Notes: generated by a model from the sequence alone, not told the origin. Positions 39,281 through 49,446 are shown, numbered from the stretch's first letter. The stretch is 56,179 bases of DNA from an uncultured Collinsella sp. (GCA_902470835.1 CABRHR010000001.1:1-56179), one strand, 5' to 3'. Program-made: numbers and translations.

Positions 39281-40897
39281 CTACTCCTCCTCTTTGGAGA
39301 ACTTCTTGATAGCAGGGGTGGTGGCCAGGCCAAGCACGATGATGGCAGCGCCCACGTAGTAAGCGAAACGCGTGGAGTTGAAGCGGGACTGGGCATTGAT
39401 CTCGACCAGGGCGTCGCGCTCCTCATCGCTCATATCGATGTCCTTAATAGAAGCGCGGAAGTTCTCATCGGAGACGAGGTCGATATTGCGCTCGGAAATA
39501 GCGGCGACGGTGGACTCGGAAATGCGGGAATCGTTAGCGGCCGCATCCTTCACGGAGTTGGTGATACCAAAGAGCAGCACGGCACCCAGCAGGGCAATGC
39601 CGATAGCCTGGCCAACGTTACGCATGGTGGTCTGAATGCCGCCGGACTGGGAAGCGTCGCGCTCGTTCACGGCAAGGGCGACAACGTTGTTGGCCTGGGC
39701 GGAAACGATACCGGCGCCCGAGCCGGCAACAACGCAGCCAATGAGAATGCCCGGCAAGGAAGCAGCGTCGAGCGTAACGGAGAACGCCATGATGATCAGG
39801 GCGGCGGCAAGGGTGAGGTAGCCGACCTGGATGACGCGACGCGGGTTAGCCTTCGGCATGAACTTGGGGATACCGATGGAGAAGGCGAAGGTCGGAACGC
39901 CAACGACGATGGAGAGCACGCCAACGATAGCCGGAGACCAGCCAGCAACGAGCTGCAGGTAGGGGGCCATCAGAATGGACTGAACACCCATGAAGAAGAA
40001 CGTGATGGCGGAGGCGGCGAGACCGGCGAGGACCTGCGGGGTCTTGAGGAAGGACTGGGGCAGCAGGGCAAAGCCGTTCTTCTCCTCGACCTTCTTCTCG
40101 ACGCTGATCATAACGATGAGGATGATCACGCCCAGGACAGCCATGGGCAGGCAGGGGGAGATACCGGCGATGGTGAAGGGGCATGCCGGGAAGGGCTCGA
40201 CGAGGCCCCAAGCGGAGATGCGGGACACGCCGACCAGGAACAGGAACAGGCCGGTTGCGGCAAGGGCAACGCCGACGCCATCGAACTTGAGCTTCTCATC
40301 GGACTGCTCGATCTCGGGCAGCTTGAAGGACAGCAGGAACACGAGTACAAAGTAGGCGGCGAGGACGAAGAACGTCACGCGCATGCCGGCGGCCATGAGC
40401 ACGATCGAAAGCAGCAGCGGCAGCAGGGCGGAAAGGCCGGAGGCGGCGCCTATGCAGCCAAAGGCAAGCACGCGGTTCTTACCGTGATAGATCTTGGGAA
40501 CGAGGCCCAGAACCGAGGGAATCATGAACGACGCGCCGAAGCCCACGAGGGTACGGCCGCCCCAAATGAAGACGGTCATGTTGGGGGAAACGGCAAGGAC
40601 GACCTCGCCGGCGGCGCACAGCAGGGCGCCCATGCGGAAGTTCTTCTTCCAGCCGATGATGGTACCCATCATGCCACCGGCGATCATAAAGGCGCCGGCC
40701 ATGAGGGAGTAGACCATGTTGGCGAGCTGGATGTCGGCGGTGGTGGCGCCGAGGTCCTGCGTCAGGGCGGTTGCGGCGAGCGAAAGGGCGCCGTTATCGC
40801 CCGAAGTGCCCATCTGGGCCAGGATCAGAACGAGAACGGGGAGAAGCATGAACTTCTCGGCACCCTTCTCCTCTGCCACAGCTTTAGCTTTAGCCAT
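39281..40897 (-). CDS. MFS transporter (about 14 TM), co-transcribed with amidohydrolase
   Basis: GRTLVGFGAS, DGVGVAL, SGGIQTTMRNVG; RBS AAGGA; 3 bp from downstream gene. Confidence 0.9.
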   Translation of the reverse strand: MAKAKAVAEEKGAEKFMLLPVLVLILAQMGTSGDNGALSLAATALTQDLGATTADIQLANMVYSLMAGAFMIAGGMMGTIIGWKKNFRMGALLCAAGEVVLAVSPNMTVFIWGGRTLVGFGASFMIPSVLGLVPKIYHGKNRVLAFGCIGAASGLSALLPLLLSIVLMAAGMRVTFFVLAAYFVLVFLLSFKLPEIEQSDEKLKFDGVGVALAATGLFLFLVGVSRISAWGLVEPFPACPFTIAGISPCLPMAVLGVIILIVMISVEKKVEEKNGFALLPQSFLKTPQVLAGLAASAITFFFMGVQSILMAPYLQLVAGWSPAIVGVLSIVVGVPTFAFSIGIPKFMPKANPRRVIQVGYLTLAAALIIMAFSVTLDAASLPGILIGCVVAGSGAGIVSAQANNVVALAVNERDASQSGGIQTTMRNVGQAIGIALLGAVLLFGITNSVKDAAANDSRISESTVAAISERNIDLVSDENFRASIKDIDMSDEERDALVEINAQSRFNSTRFAYYVGAAIIVLGLATTPAIKKFSKEEE

Positions 40898-41135
40898 GTG
40901 TTGGTTCCTTTCTTTTCCGTTTCACGCGGGCATTGAACCCCTTTGAGCCCGCGCGTCTTGTCGAGGCAAATATAGGCTGGAGCGCAATACGGACGGCATC
41001 AGAGCCATTGCCGTAGATACGGCAATTCTGACGGCGGGCCTAAAGGGCATCTGCTTTTTCTCGTGAAAAGCAAAACGGCCGACCCCTTTGCTCGGGCCGA
41101 CCGTTTTGAAGAGAAAGTTTGATTGTTGGAAAATC

Positions 41136-41642
41136 CTAGGCAGTCGCGGCGACTTCCCCAGCGTCGACGCCCGCGGTGGTGGCACCGATGACGACGTAGC
41201 CGCTCACACAGCCGGCAACAGCGCACATAACGCCCTTAAAGATCATCATGCCCGTGCGCGAAAGCGGCAGCGGGAGCACAAAAGTGCAAAGCCATGCAAG
41301 GGGCGTGGCAACTACAAGGGCAATGATGCCAACGACGATCGACAGGGGAATCGACTTTTTGGGCAGCTTGGCCAGCCAACCATAGCCTTCGGAATTGCCC
41401 AGGTAAACGCCCTTGTTGAAATCCATCTTGGTCAGCGGCACCACGCACCAGGTCAAAATGAGACCAAGCAGGGCGCCTGTCAGCGCAATCTCCTCGACAA
41501 CCTTACCGGCGGCAAAGGTAATATCGGCGTCCCCCGCATGCATGCCCATAAAGATGAGCGCGTTAACGATGCCGTTGACGATGCCGTAACCGACGATGCA
41601 CTTGTTCTTAAGATAGCTCTGGTAGTCCTTTGCGGCGGCCAT
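41136..41642 (-). CDS. Hypothetical membrane protein (about 4 TM)
   Basis: ATG 41642 after GGGAGG; four hydrophobic segments. Confidence 0.78.
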   Translation of the reverse strand: MAAAKDYQSYLKNKCIVGYGIVNGIVNALIFMGMHAGDADITFAAGKVVEEIALTGALLGLILTWCVVPLTKMDFNKGVYLGNSEGYGWLAKLPKKSIPLSIVVGIIALVVATPLAWLCTFVLPLPLSRTGMMIFKGVMCAVAGCVSGYVVIGATTAGVDAGEVAATA

Positions 41643-41749
41643 ATGCCCTCCCCATTTTCGCAGTGTCATTTGTGTGGGGCCAGTGTATCCTCACGCATCA
41701 CGCCCGCTGACCAGAAGGATTGCCGTTTTTACGGCAACAGCCACACCCC

Positions 41750-41789
41750 AAACCACCACAAAGGGGGACAGGCACCTTTGTGGTGGTTT
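41750..41789 (+). repeat. GGGACAG-core hairpin, near-identical to 33661-33699
   Basis: aaaccaccacaaagggggacaggcacctttgtggtggttt. Confidence 0.85.
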
Positions 41790-41804
41790 TCAACATGGCG
41801 GGCT

Positions 41805-41860
41805 TTGACACCCCAGGGGCAGGCGATGCTACAATCTGGCTTGTACTTGAAACGCATCAA
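41805..41860 (+). promoter_or_regulatory. lacI-family gene promoter and candidate autoregulatory operator
   Basis: TTGACA (41805), extended -10 TGcTACAAT (41827-41835); pseudo-palindrome TTGAAACGCATCAA (41847-41860) with central CG. Confidence 0.6.
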
Positions 41861-41870
41861 AGGGGCCGCT

Positions 41871-42983
41871 ATGGCAAAGGTTAAGATCAGCGACGTCGCG
41901 CGCGAAGCCGGGGTTTCGTTGGGCACGGTTTCCAACGCGCTCAACCACCCCGAAAAGCTGCGCCCCGAGACCCTCAAGCTCATTAACGAAACCATCAATC
42001 GCCTGGGCTACCTACCCAACCAAAGCGCTCGTCAGCTCGCGGGCGGCGCCACCAAGTCCTTTGGCCTGGTGCTCCCCCGTCTCGATCACGGCTTTTCGCT
42101 CCAAATCGCCAGCGGCGCCCACAACGAGGCCCGCAAGCACGGCTACGACTTGCTCATCGCCAACGCCGATAACGACGACATTCTCGAGGACCATTACCTG
42201 CGCTACTTTATGGGCACCCAGATGTCCGGCGTCATGGTTCAGCCCATGGCGTCCCCCGACTGGCACCCCGCCATGACCAAGATGCCCGTGCCGATCGTCC
42301 ATCTGGACATCCATTGCTCCGGGCCCGGCTACTACGTGGCTGCCGACAACGAGGCCCAAGGTCGCATCATCGCCGAGCTCGCCATTGCCCGCGGTGCACG
42401 CCATATCACCGTTGTGGGTAGAGCAGCATTTATGCAACTCACCCTGCGCGTCCTTGGCATTCATAAGGCGCTCGCCCTGCACCCCGATATCAAGATCGAA
42501 GTCATCGACGCCGGCGAATGGAATACCGCTGCCGACGGCTACGGCATCGGTGCCCAAATCGCCGAGCGCCCCGCGGACGAACGTCCCGATTTTGTCGTCG
42601 GCCTGACCGATGTGTTGGCCTCGGGCGTCGTTTCGGCACTGGTCGACAAAGGCATCTCCGTCCCCGAGCAGGTTCGCGTGGCCGGATGCGACGGCAACCC
42701 GCTCGCTTGGAGCGGATCGGTCCCGCTCACTACGGTAGCGCCCCCGGGCTACGAGATTGGCCGCAAGGGTGTCCAACTGCTCATGGAGCAAATCGAGAAC
42801 AAGGTCCCGACAAAGACCAAGCATATCCACGTCGGCTCTGCAGCGCGCACCGTCACCGCAGCCACCACCGCGGAGGACATCAACCGCCAAGAACTCGTGC
42901 GGCCGTTCCTGCTGGAACGCGCCAGCACCCAGGCAAGCAGCCAGACCGACTCCACGGCCATCAACCTCGGCGCGTATCTATAG
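41871..42983 (+). CDS. LacI family transcriptional regulator
   Basis: KISDVAREAGVSLGTVSNALN..LGYLPN..ARQL; SVPEQVRVAGCD, LTTV. Confidence 0.93.
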   Translation: MAKVKISDVAREAGVSLGTVSNALNHPEKLRPETLKLINETINRLGYLPNQSARQLAGGATKSFGLVLPRLDHGFSLQIASGAHNEARKHGYDLLIANADNDDILEDHYLRYFMGTQMSGVMVQPMASPDWHPAMTKMPVPIVHLDIHCSGPGYYVAADNEAQGRIIAELAIARGARHITVVGRAAFMQLTLRVLGIHKALALHPDIKIEVIDAGEWNTAADGYGIGAQIAERPADERPDFVVGLTDVLASGVVSALVDKGISVPEQVRVAGCDGNPLAWSGSVPLTTVAPPGYEIGRKGVQLLMEQIENKVPTKTKHIHVGSAARTVTAATTAEDINRQELVRPFLLERASTQASSQTDSTAINLGAYL

Positions 42984-43096
42984 CACGCCCGCAAGTATGC
43001 TAAGTCGCCGCTCAAGCAAAAGAGGCCCGACCATTGCCGGACCCCTTTTGTTTAAGCGCAAACGTAAGCAATTGCTCGTTTTAACGCCGCAATTGT

Positions 43097-43747
43097 CTAG
43101 CGCACGGCCTTGACCGCCGCCGCCAGATCGAACAGCGTATCGAGCACGGCCTCGCAGCCATCTACCACGTCCTGCGGCAGCGGCACGATATCGGGGACGG
43201 CAAAGACATGGCAGCCGGCCGTAATGCCCGAGACGCAGCCGTTGCGCGAATCCTCGACCACGGCACATTCCTCGGGAGCAAAGCCCGCGCGCTCGCAGGC
43301 GAGCAGATACATCTCGGGGTCGGGCTTGCCGTGCACGACGTCCTCGCCACACGTTACCGTTTCAAACTTGTCAAAAAGACCGACCATCTTAAGGTTGCGC
43401 TCGGCCGTAACGAGGCGCGACGACGTCGCTAGACCCACGTGATAGCCCGCAGCCAGCAGCTCGTCTAGGCACTCGGCGGCGCCGGCCTTAAGTTCCAGTT
43501 CGGTCTTGACCATCTCGTCGCGAATCTCCTTGTGGCGGACATAGACCGCCTCGGTGGTTTCGTGGCTGCCGTAATGCTTATCGAGGATGTCCATGACATC
43601 GGGCAGCGTGCGACCGATAAACTGATGGATCAGCGCATCATCAATCGCGAGCCCCAGCTCAGCGGCGCCTGCCTTCCAGGCCTTAATCCCCAAACGCTCG
43701 GTGTCGACCAGCGTTCCATCCATGTCAAAAATAACAGCCTTGATCAT
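43097..43747 (-). CDS. HAD family phosphatase (beta-PGM/CbbY-like)
   Basis: FDMDGTLVDTE, ATSS, GKPDPEMY, VVEDSRNG. Confidence 0.93.
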   Translation of the reverse strand: MIKAVIFDMDGTLVDTERLGIKAWKAGAAELGLAIDDALIHQFIGRTLPDVMDILDKHYGSHETTEAVYVRHKEIRDEMVKTELELKAGAAECLDELLAAGYHVGLATSSRLVTAERNLKMVGLFDKFETVTCGEDVVHGKPDPEMYLLACERAGFAPEECAVVEDSRNGCVSGITAGCHVFAVPDIVPLPQDVVDGCEAVLDTLFDLAAAVKAVR

Positions 43748-43913
43748 ATCGGCCCCCTCACCGGATTGTGTTACTACCACTCTACCGCACTTACAAACTT
43801 GTATATAACGTATATAGCATATTGCACTTTCGTTACATAGATAGAAGACTTATGGCAAGTAACGCATTAGGATTATAGTTTTCGACCGAGTACTCAATGG
43901 TAAGGATCGTTTC

Positions 43914-44792
43914 ATGATTTTAGACACCACGGCACCCGCAGAGGAGCTTCAAGACAAGCTATCGGCGCTCGAACAGCTGCTTTTGGCATACGGGCGCGTG
44001 GCTATCGGGTTTTCCGGTGGCGTCGACAGCAGCTTTTTGGCCGCCGTATGCGCCCGCATCATGCCTACCAATACCCTCCTCGTCCATCTCACCACGCCGC
44101 TCATCGGCACGCCCGAACAGGCCTCGTTTGAGCGGTCTGTTGATGGACAAGCCAATGAAGGGGCGCATTTTAAGCTCCCCGTGCTCAATCTTTCGGTCGA
44201 TCAGCTGCAGCTCCCCCAAGTAGCCTGCAACGATGCCAATCGCTGCTACCACTGCAAGCACGCTGGCTTTACCACCATCGTCAACCACGCCAAGTCGCTC
44301 GGCTTTCCCACCGTCATCGATGGCAGCAATGCAAGCGATCGCGGTGACTACCGCCCCGGCATGCGTGCGGCAGAAGAGCTCGGCGTACGCTCACCCCTTA
44401 TGGAGGTCGGCTTTACCAAGGACGAAGAGCGCGAGCTGCTGCGCGCATGGGGCTATCCCGTTTGGAACCTGCCGGCGGGAGCCTGCCTTGCCACGCGCGT
44501 CCCCACGGGCGAGGAGCTTACGCGTGAGAAGGTCGATTTGATCCGCGCCTGCGAGGATTACCTGCACGATCTTGATCTGGCACAGGTACGCGCGCGCCTG
44601 GTCGGCGGCTGCATGCATATCGAGGCCGCTCCTGCAGATGTCGCCAAGATTGCCGCCCTCGGCGGTGCCGCCGTCGACGACAAGGGCAAGACCCCGCTGC
44701 CCGCCGTTATCGAGTCCGCGCTGCGCGAGCTGGGCTGCGACCATATCTCCCCTGAGGTCACCCCCTACATCCACGGTGCCATGAATCAGTAA
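43914..44792 (+). CDS. larE: LarE-family ATP-dependent sulfur transferase
   Basis: PP-loop FSGGVDSS, RCYHCK, DGSNASD..DYRPG, SPL, ACLATRVP. Confidence 0.88.
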   Translation: MILDTTAPAEELQDKLSALEQLLLAYGRVAIGFSGGVDSSFLAAVCARIMPTNTLLVHLTTPLIGTPEQASFERSVDGQANEGAHFKLPVLNLSVDQLQLPQVACNDANRCYHCKHAGFTTIVNHAKSLGFPTVIDGSNASDRGDYRPGMRAAEELGVRSPLMEVGFTKDEERELLRAWGYPVWNLPAGACLATRVPTGEELTREKVDLIRACEDYLHDLDLAQVRARLVGGCMHIEAAPADVAKIAALGGAAVDDKGKTPLPAVIESALRELGCDHISPEVTPYIHGAMNQ

Positions 44793-44852
44793 CCTGCCAA
44801 TAAGGGACAGGTTTATTTCGGCAGGTTTTATCTTGGGAAACGCGAACAGGGC
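44791..44852 (+). repeat. GGGACAG-core hairpin repeat, near-copy of 31537-31598
   Basis: aacctgccaataagggacaggtttatttcggcaggttttatcttgggaaacgcgaacagggc. Confidence 0.8.
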
Positions 44853-44922
44853 CGTGACACCCATACGGCGTCGCGGCCCTTTTCCTTGGAGAAGGATCAA
44901 TTGATTGAACGGGATGACCGTT

Positions 44923-45375
44923 CTAGTCTTCGAGTCCGCTATTGATGAGCTCCGCAATCTCAACGGGATCGGTGCTCGCGCGCACCTTGTCACGGAAGCC
45001 GGCGTCCATCAGCATCACGGCAGCCTTGGAGAGCAAGCGCAGGTGCGTGGTTCCTGCCTCGCCGGCAGGCACGTACAGCGCGAGCGCAACATCGACGGGC
45101 ACACCATCGAAGCTCGGCCATTCAACGGGCTCGACCAGCTTAAGCACGGCAACGCCCGGCGTGTGGATAGCATCGCTTTTGGCATGTGGAACGGCAAAAC
45201 CGGCGACAAGCCCGGTCTCGGCCTCGTTCTCGCGAGCAATAAAGGCAGCCTCTACGGCAGATGCGTCATCGGCAAAGCCGAGCTCGATTGCCTGCTCGGA
45301 CAAATAATGCAGGGCGTCCTCGCGCGAGGCGGCGGTATACCCTATCGTCACTTGGTTGGCAGATACAAATCCCAT
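44923..45375 (-). CDS. PTS fructose-family EIIA component
   Basis: RENEAETG..GFAVPHAKS phospho-His motif; HLRLLSK. Confidence 0.93.
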   Translation of the reverse strand: MGFVSANQVTIGYTAASREDALHYLSEQAIELGFADDASAVEAAFIARENEAETGLVAGFAVPHAKSDAIHTPGVAVLKLVEPVEWPSFDGVPVDVALALYVPAGEAGTTHLRLLSKAAVMLMDAGFRDKVRASTDPVEIAELINSGLED

Positions 45376-45386
45376 GGAAACCTTCC

Positions 45387-46325
45387 TTACAACACAGACC
45401 TGACCGCAGCTTCGATGCCGTCGGCGTCCAAACCGTACTTGTGCAGCAAATCGACCGCAGGGCCGGACTCGCCATACACATCGCGCACGCCGACGCGACG
45501 CATCGGCACCGGATACTGCTCCGCTAGCACCGAGGCAACGGCCTCGCCAAGACCGCCGACAATCGAATGCTCCTCGGCAGTGACCACGCGACCGGTCTTC
45601 TTGGCGCTGGCTACAACCAGGCGTTCGTCGAGCGGCTTGATCGTATGCATGTTGATGACCTCGGCATCGATGCCATCGGCAGCGAGCGCCTCGGCAGCCT
45701 CAAGCGCCTCGGCGACCATAAGGCCACAAGCGATGATGGTCACATCGGACCCCTCGCGCACGACCACGCCGCGACCAATCTTGAACTCATAGTCCTCGTG
45801 ATCGTTGATGACCGGTGTTGCCAGGCGGCCGAAGCGCATGTAAACCGGGCCCTCAAACTCATAGGCGGCGCGCACGCAAGCGCGAGCCTCGATGTCATCG
45901 GCGGGAACGATTACCGTCATACCCGGGATCGTGCGCATGAGCGCGATGTCCTCGCAGCACTGATGCGTGGCGCCGTCTTCACCGACCGAGATACCCGCAT
46001 GCGTGGCACCGATTTTGACGTTGAGGTGCGGATAGCCAATGGAATTACGCACTTGTTCGTACGCGCGACCGGCGGCAAACATCGCAAAGGTGCTCGCAAA
46101 GGCGACGTGGCCCGTGGTCGCGATGCCGGCGGCGAGCCCCATCAGGTTGCTCTCGGCAATGCCGGCGTCGTAGAAGCGCTCAGGGTGCGCAGCCTTAAAC
46201 TTACCGGTCTGCGTGGCGGCGGCCAGGTCGGCATCGAGAACCACAAAGTCATCGCGCTCATTGCCCAGCTCGACAAGTGCCTCGCCATAGCTAACGCGCG
46301 TGGCGACTTTCTTGACGTCTGCCAT
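45387..46325 (-). CDS. Transketolase, C-terminal subunit
   Basis: LDADL, GIAESN, GEDGATHQ, GPVYMRFGR, EEHSIVGGLG. Confidence 0.94.
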   Translation of the reverse strand: MADVKKVATRVSYGEALVELGNERDDFVVLDADLAAATQTGKFKAAHPERFYDAGIAESNLMGLAAGIATTGHVAFASTFAMFAAGRAYEQVRNSIGYPHLNVKIGATHAGISVGEDGATHQCCEDIALMRTIPGMTVIVPADDIEARACVRAAYEFEGPVYMRFGRLATPVINDHEDYEFKIGRGVVVREGSDVTIIACGLMVAEALEAAEALAADGIDAEVINMHTIKPLDERLVVASAKKTGRVVTAEEHSIVGGLGEAVASVLAEQYPVPMRRVGVRDVYGESGPAVDLLHKYGLDADGIEAAVRSVL

Positions 46326-47155
46326 TAGAGCTCCTCCCCTGCCGCTGCGAGCTCGGCCATGGCCTGCTCAAACTGTTCATCGTTGGGTGCCTTGCCGTGC
46401 CAGCCCACCTGGTTTTCCATAAAGGAGACGCCCTTGCCCTTCACCGTCTCGGCGATAATGGCCACGGGCGAGTCGCTCACTTTGCGGGCCTCGGCAAAGG
46501 CGGCGGCAATCTGCGCCATGTCGTTACCGTCGGCGAGCTCGATCACATGCCACTTAAAGGCGCGGAACTTGTCAGCGAGCGGCATGGCCGAGTTAACTTC
46601 ATCGATCGTGCCGTCAATCTGCAAGCCGTTGTGGTCGACGACGGCAACAAGATTGTCGAGCGCATGGTTGCCGGCAAACATGGCCGCCTCCCACACCTGG
46701 CCCTCCTCGCACTCGCCGTCGCCCAGCAACGTGTAGACGCGGTAGCTGTCACCCCAGTGCTTTGCGGCGAGTGCCATTCCAACCGCGGCGGAGATGCCCT
46801 GACCGAGCGATCCGGTGGACATATCGATGCCAGGGGCGTCGTTCATGTTGGGATGGCCCTGCAGTCGGCTGCCAATATGACGCAGCGTCTCGAGCTCTTC
46901 GACGGGAAAATAGCCGCGATTTGCCAACACCGAATACAGGCCCGGCGCCGCGTGACCCTTGGAGAGCACAAAGCGATCGCGATCGGCCTTGTGAGGGTCG
47001 GCAGGATCGATATTCATTTCCTCAAAGTACAGATACGCCATGATGTCGGCAGCACCGAGCGATCCACCCGGGTGTCCCGACTTGGCCGCGTGAACCGCAG
47101 TCACGACACCCTTCCTGACCTCATTGGCGACCTTCGCCAGCTCCTGGTTGGTCAT
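46325..47155 (-). CDS. Transketolase, N-terminal (TPP-binding) subunit
   Basis: SGHPGGSL, DRFVLSKGH, TGSLGQG, GDGECEEG, KGKGV..WHG; ATG 47155 after GAGAGG. Confidence 0.94.
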   Translation of the reverse strand: MTNQELAKVANEVRKGVVTAVHAAKSGHPGGSLGAADIMAYLYFEEMNIDPADPHKADRDRFVLSKGHAAPGLYSVLANRGYFPVEELETLRHIGSRLQGHPNMNDAPGIDMSTGSLGQGISAAVGMALAAKHWGDSYRVYTLLGDGECEEGQVWEAAMFAGNHALDNLVAVVDHNGLQIDGTIDEVNSAMPLADKFRAFKWHVIELADGNDMAQIAAAFAEARKVSDSPVAIIAETVKGKGVSFMENQVGWHGKAPNDEQFEQAMAELAAAGEEL

Positions 47156-47218
47156 ACGAATTCCTCTCTTGAGAACAACCCCGGCACCGGATGACGCGAT
47201 GCCGGGGCAATCCACTCG

Positions 47219-47902
47219 TTAAGCCTGAGCGACGACCTTCTGCCAGTCAGCCTCAAAAGAGGCGAGGCCCTGGTCGGTCAGCGGATGATGCAGGCACTTC
47301 TTGAGAGCGGCCATGGGCACGGTCGCAATATCGGCACCGAGTAGCGCGGCCTGGGTCACGTGGTTGGGCGTACGAACCGAGGCGGTGATGATCTCGACGG
47401 TGTCGTCGACGTTCTTGCCCGTCCAGTCGTAGTTCTTAATGCAGGTCACGACGTTGTCGAGCTGCGAGATACCGTCCTCGGCGATGTCATCGAAACGGCC
47501 GACAAACGGGCTGATGTAGCGAGCACCGGCATTGGCGGCCATAAGGGCCTGCGTCGGCGAGAAGACGAGCGTCATGTTGACGCGCACGCCAGCATCGGCC
47601 AGCGCACGGCAGGCGGCAAGGCCGGCCTCGCACACGGGAAGCTTGACCACGATGTTGGGGGCGAGGGCGGCAAGGCGCTTGCCCTCCTCGATCATACCCT
47701 CGGCAGTGGTAGCGGTAGACTCGGCGGAAACGGGCAGGCCCTCGCAGAGCTCGGCAATCTTGAGCATATGCGGCTCAAAGTCGGCAAGCTTGCCGCCGGT
47801 CTTGGCGTACAGGGACGGGTTGGTGGTAACACCGGCCAGGCAGCCCCAGCTCTTGGCCTCGGCGATCTCGTCCAGATTGGCGGTATCGATAAAGAACTTC
47901 AT
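47219..47902 (-). CDS. Transaldolase / fructose-6-phosphate aldolase family (TalC/FSA type)
   Basis: FIDTAN, GVTTNPSL, VVKLP, NMTLVFS, YISPFVGR, ASVR, HPLTDQG. Confidence 0.93.
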   Translation of the reverse strand: MKFFIDTANLDEIAEAKSWGCLAGVTTNPSLYAKTGGKLADFEPHMLKIAELCEGLPVSAESTATTAEGMIEEGKRLAALAPNIVVKLPVCEAGLAACRALADAGVRVNMTLVFSPTQALMAANAGARYISPFVGRFDDIAEDGISQLDNVVTCIKNYDWTGKNVDDTVEIITASVRTPNHVTQAALLGADIATVPMAALKKCLHHPLTDQGLASFEADWQKVVAQA

Positions 47903-48027
47903 GGTGCAAACTCCTTCGAAGGAATCCAAAACTCAAAAAATAGGACAAAGGGGATGTCCCTTTGTCCTATGTGCCGGGCCTGCGGCTGGGACATGCCCCA
48001 GGCCCGGCGTCGCGTAGGAAAAGCTAC

Positions 48028-49302
48028 TTACTCGGCAAGAGCGGCCTCGATGCGGGTCGTGACGCCCTTGAGGTTAAGACCGACGACGTACTGCTTGATC
48101 GGGCGCTTGATGTGCTCGATGACAAAGCGCTTGCCGTCGATGTCCTGAGCGGCGAGGTTGCGGTAGAGCTTCTCGACCTGCTCCTTGACCTCGGGATCGT
48201 TGAACGCATAGTGACCGGAGACATCCAGGATCTTCAGGCTGAGCTCATCGTCGGCAAGAATGTCGTCGACCTGCAGGTTGACGTCGTCGCCAGTCATCCA
48301 CTTGCGCCAGCGCTCGGTCTTGATAGCCTTGACCAGCAGGGTGTGATACAGGTCGGAGGGGTCATCGCACAGACCGTTGTCGACCAGGATCTGCTCGGTG
48401 GCGCAGAGCTTGAGGTAGGCGCGGGTCTCCTCGGTGCCATACTGCGGAGCAACGTTGGAGGCGGTCACGTGTGCCGGGATGTGCTCGAGCAGCGTCGCGT
48501 CGTCCAGATAGTCGGCGTTGTGCTCCTTCAGGCCCACGCCGTAGCGCTTAGCCATGTCGGCGAGCTCGCGGGCATTCTTGAAGTTGTAATGGCCGACCTG
48601 CTCGGTCCAACGGGTGAGCGTACCGGTCTGGCCGACGATAAAGGTGGGCATGGGGCAGCCGCGCTTCTCGAGCTCGGGCTGCAGCTGAGAAATGAACTCC
48701 TCGTACTTATCGGTAGAGGTCAAGCCGCCATTGGTCTCCTCGGTACCGACCTCATAGGCAACCTCGGGCAGGTTATGCTCGCGACGGTACTGCTCAAGGT
48801 AGTCGATAAGATCGATCGTGCGGCGAAGCACCACGTCGAGCGGAATAACCTTGCCGATCTGATAGGGGTCCTTGGTGGGGTCGACCATCAGCAGGTCAAA
48901 GCCCGCCTCCATGTCGGCGACGAAGGACTTGCGGGCGAGCTCCATGGCCTCGTCCTCGGGCAGGTGGGCGTTACGCTCCTCGTCGCGCTGCCACGGACCG
49001 CCGTGATCGCGGCACAGGTAGTACGGACCGGTGTAACCCACCTCGTCGGCAACCTTCTTGATGTCGGCGGCAAAGCGCGTCTGGTCCCAACCGTTGACGT
49101 AGCCGGCGCCCATCTCGTCCATATCGACCTGGTTGCGGCTGGCGATAAACATGGGCGGGAAATCCTCGTCCTTGGCAAGCTCGAACACGGCCTGAATCAG
49201 GTTGGGGCTCATGGGGCCAATGCCGACCATGGTTGCGTGATCGCCGCTATCCTGCAGCTTGAGCATGCCCTGAACGGCCTGACGGATGGTGAGGTTGGAC
49301 AT
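48028..49302 (-). CDS. GatZ/KbaZ family protein (likely ketose-phosphate epimerase)
   Basis: IASRNQVD..GY, CRDHGGPW, EAGF..VD, YEVGTEE, VGQTG, KEHNADY, NVAPQYG. Confidence 0.8.
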   Translation of the reverse strand: MSNLTIRQAVQGMLKLQDSGDHATMVGIGPMSPNLIQAVFELAKDEDFPPMFIASRNQVDMDEMGAGYVNGWDQTRFAADIKKVADEVGYTGPYYLCRDHGGPWQRDEERNAHLPEDEAMELARKSFVADMEAGFDLLMVDPTKDPYQIGKVIPLDVVLRRTIDLIDYLEQYRREHNLPEVAYEVGTEETNGGLTSTDKYEEFISQLQPELEKRGCPMPTFIVGQTGTLTRWTEQVGHYNFKNARELADMAKRYGVGLKEHNADYLDDATLLEHIPAHVTASNVAPQYGTEETRAYLKLCATEQILVDNGLCDDPSDLYHTLLVKAIKTERWRKWMTGDDVNLQVDDILADDELSLKILDVSGHYAFNDPEVKEQVEKLYRNLAAQDIDGKRFVIEHIKRPIKQYVVGLNLKGVTTRIEAALAE

Positions 49303-49446
49303 TTTGTTCTCCTTCTCCAGAGGATTTTTGACAAAAGTTCCCTGGGACCCAGATGTGGGCCCTATCAGTACGGATGGATTTTGTTGTGTAGGGGCGGTTG
49401 TGCGGAGTCAAATCCATCCCTCCGCACAACCGGAGTCCTTAAAGGT

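Noticed and set aside
37640..40936. 1098-aa + strand ORF spanning two genes
   Set aside because: Codon-aligned antisense of the amidohydrolase and MFS genes, which happen to share a frame
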